The notes under the pieces were generated by a model. The model had not been told where the DNA came from and did no database searches. It saw only the letters and a list, made by a program, of their open reading frames with translations. Both the position numbers and the translations under genes were made by a program. A stretch of DNA of 63,613 nt, filler included, from Chiloscyllium plagiosum (lineage: Eukaryota), in the NCBI RefSeq assembly GCF_004010195.1. It is 4 parts of one record of this genome, joined end to end, with 100 filler letters (N's around TTAATTAATTAA, not from the genome) between each part and the next. Parts side by side here need not be neighbours in the genome. Positions count along the whole stretch, not along the records: positions 60,673 to 63,613 come from NC_057717.1; 3 more parts are not named here. One strand, written 5' to 3'. This document shows positions 61,790 to 63,613 of this stretch, piece by piece (within the stretch, counting starts at the first letter, position 1; each line of letters starts with the position of its first letter).

Positions 61790-62915
61790 CAAGGAGGAAT
61801 CAGTGAATGGTGTGTATCTGGATGTTCAAAAGGCTTTTGACAAGGTTCCACACAAGAGATTAGTAAGGAAAATTAATCCTCGTGGTATCAGAGGTAGTGT
61901 ACTGAGGGGGAAGGAGAGCTGGTTGTCAACCAGCAAGCAAAGAGCTGGAATAAATGGGCCCTTTACAGAGCAGCAGGCAGTGAGGAGCGGGGCACCACAG
62001 GGTTCAGTGCTGGGACCCCGGCTATTCACAATATACATTAACCATTTGGATGAAGGAATTGAATGCAATATCTCCAAATGTTCAGATGACACTGAGCTGG
62101 GTGGCAGTGTGTACTGCGAGGAGGATGCTAAGAAGCTGCAGGGTGTATTGGACAGACTGGCTGAGTGGGTGAATACTTGACAAATGCAATACAACGTGGA
62201 TAATTCTGAGGTTATCCACTTTGGTCAGAAAGACAGGAAGACAGATTATGATCTGAATGGTGGCAATTTAGGAAAAGGGGAGGTGCAATGAGATCTGGGT
62301 ATCATGATGAACTGTTTTCTGAGGTGTGGCATGCAGGGGCAACGGACAGTCAGGAAAATTAATGGCTTGCTGGCCTTCATAGTGAGAGGATTGAGGTATC
62401 GGAGTCAGGACTGGACCGGGTAGGAGTGGGAAGAATGTTCCCGCTCGTGGGGATGTCCAGAACCGAGGGTCACATTCTATGAATAAGCAGTAAACCATTC
62501 AGCCATTCCTGATGAAGAGCTTATGCTCAGCATGTCAATGTTCCTGCTCCTCAGATGCTGCCTGGCCTGCTGTGCTTTTCCAGCACCACACTCGATTCTG
62601 ATCTTCAGTATCTGCAGTCCCCACTTTCTCCTAGTAAGCCATTCAGGACTGAGACGAGGAAGAGTTCCTTCACTCAGAGAGTTGTGAACTTGTAGAATTT
62701 TCTTCCACAGAAGCTGTTTGGGCCAGTTTATTAGAAGTATTCAAGAGGGAGCGAGACATGGCTCTTGCAGCCAAAGGGAACAAGGTGCATAGAGAGAAAG
62801 TGGAAGGGGGAGACAGAGTTGCACGATCAGCCACGATTATATTAAATGGTAGTGAAGGCTCGAAAGGCCAAATGGACTACTCCTGCAACGTTTTACGATG
62901 TGTTATGTTTCCCAT
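61790..62915 (+). mobile_element. CR1-clade LINE RT to 3' end in the GPCR intron
   Basis: VYLDVQKAFDKVPHKRL...GAPQGSVLGPRLFTIYINHL...KCSDDTELGG. Confidence 0.92.
62503..62632 (+). mobile_element. Short Penelope-derived insertion (degenerate hammerhead-like head) with ~14-bp TSD
   Basis: cattcCTGATGAagagcttatgctc...; agtaaaccattcag before and agtaagccattcag after. Confidence 0.75.
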
Positions 62916-63613
62916 TCTCTGCATATGAGTCACTCCCCTGGACACTGATCACCCTTCGTTTTCAGAGATATCCTCTTGCAGATTTGGGGGCAGTGATTAC
63001 TTTAAAAATTACTCATGGAATGTGAGATTTATTGGCGAGGCTAGTATTCATTATCCAGGTCTGACTGCGTTTGTGATGTTGTTGGAGACCTGCCTTTATG
63101 AACATCAGCATTCCCTCCGGTGCAGGAAAACCCACCATGTTTTTGTGGAGAGTTGTAAAATTTTACCGGGCAACAGTGATGGATTGACAATATATTTCCA
63201 AGTCTCCATGAAATATGGTCTGAAAAGGAATTTGCATTGATGATGTTTCTGTGCATCTAAGGTCACAGGTTTGTGAGGTGCTATCGAAAGAGATTTATGG
63301 TTACGATTGTCATATTGCAGATGTCAGAACTTTAATAGCTGTTCATGGACTGAATGAATCAACAAAGGATAAACTGTCAAACACTGAAAGATGGAGCATT
63401 AAGTCTGTCTGGAATAAACTTGTGAAGCATAAGGCCGAAATTTTACAAAAATTTAAAGCAATTAGCTCCATCTTGGGAATAAATAAAACTGCGAAGATAC
63501 CTGCTTGATAAACTGGTTCCTTTACTGCCATTGACCAAAAACCCAACTGGACTCAGTACATAAACACAATGGCTACTGAGCAGGTCAGAGGCTAGGAATA
63601 TAGCCACAAGTAA

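Overview
Eukaryotic, repeat-dominated vertebrate DNA, most likely from a shark. This is inferred from HE1-type V-SINEs, CR1-type LINEs and GPR139-like receptor genes. It appears to be a pseudo-scaffold: three 100-nt N-TTAATTAATTAA-N linkers and two other gaps. No intact host gene is supported, and almost all ORFs in the track are fragments of decayed retroelements. Contents: many CR1-clade LINE fragments; one L1 3' end; several Penelope-like elements (one near full-length RT+GIY-YIG copy, plus short derivatives with minimal hammerhead-ribozyme-like motifs); SINEs; a Gmr1-like Gypsy gag with LTR; two decayed endogenous retroviruses; degenerate tRNA copies; a 60-bp minisatellite; and two GPR139-like pseudogene pieces. 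The most interesting object is the epsilon-like ERV at ~35.5-39.7 kb. Its order is protease - 2H-phosphoesterase-like insert (HCT...HVS) - RT - large deletion - integrase C-terminus - CD300/pIgR-like Ig V-domain ORF where env would be - PPT - 3' LTR with 4x34-bp repeats. It therefore seems to carry two candidate host-immune-modulating cargoes. All identifications come from manual motif reading. Element boundaries are approximate unless a TSD or splice site is quoted.
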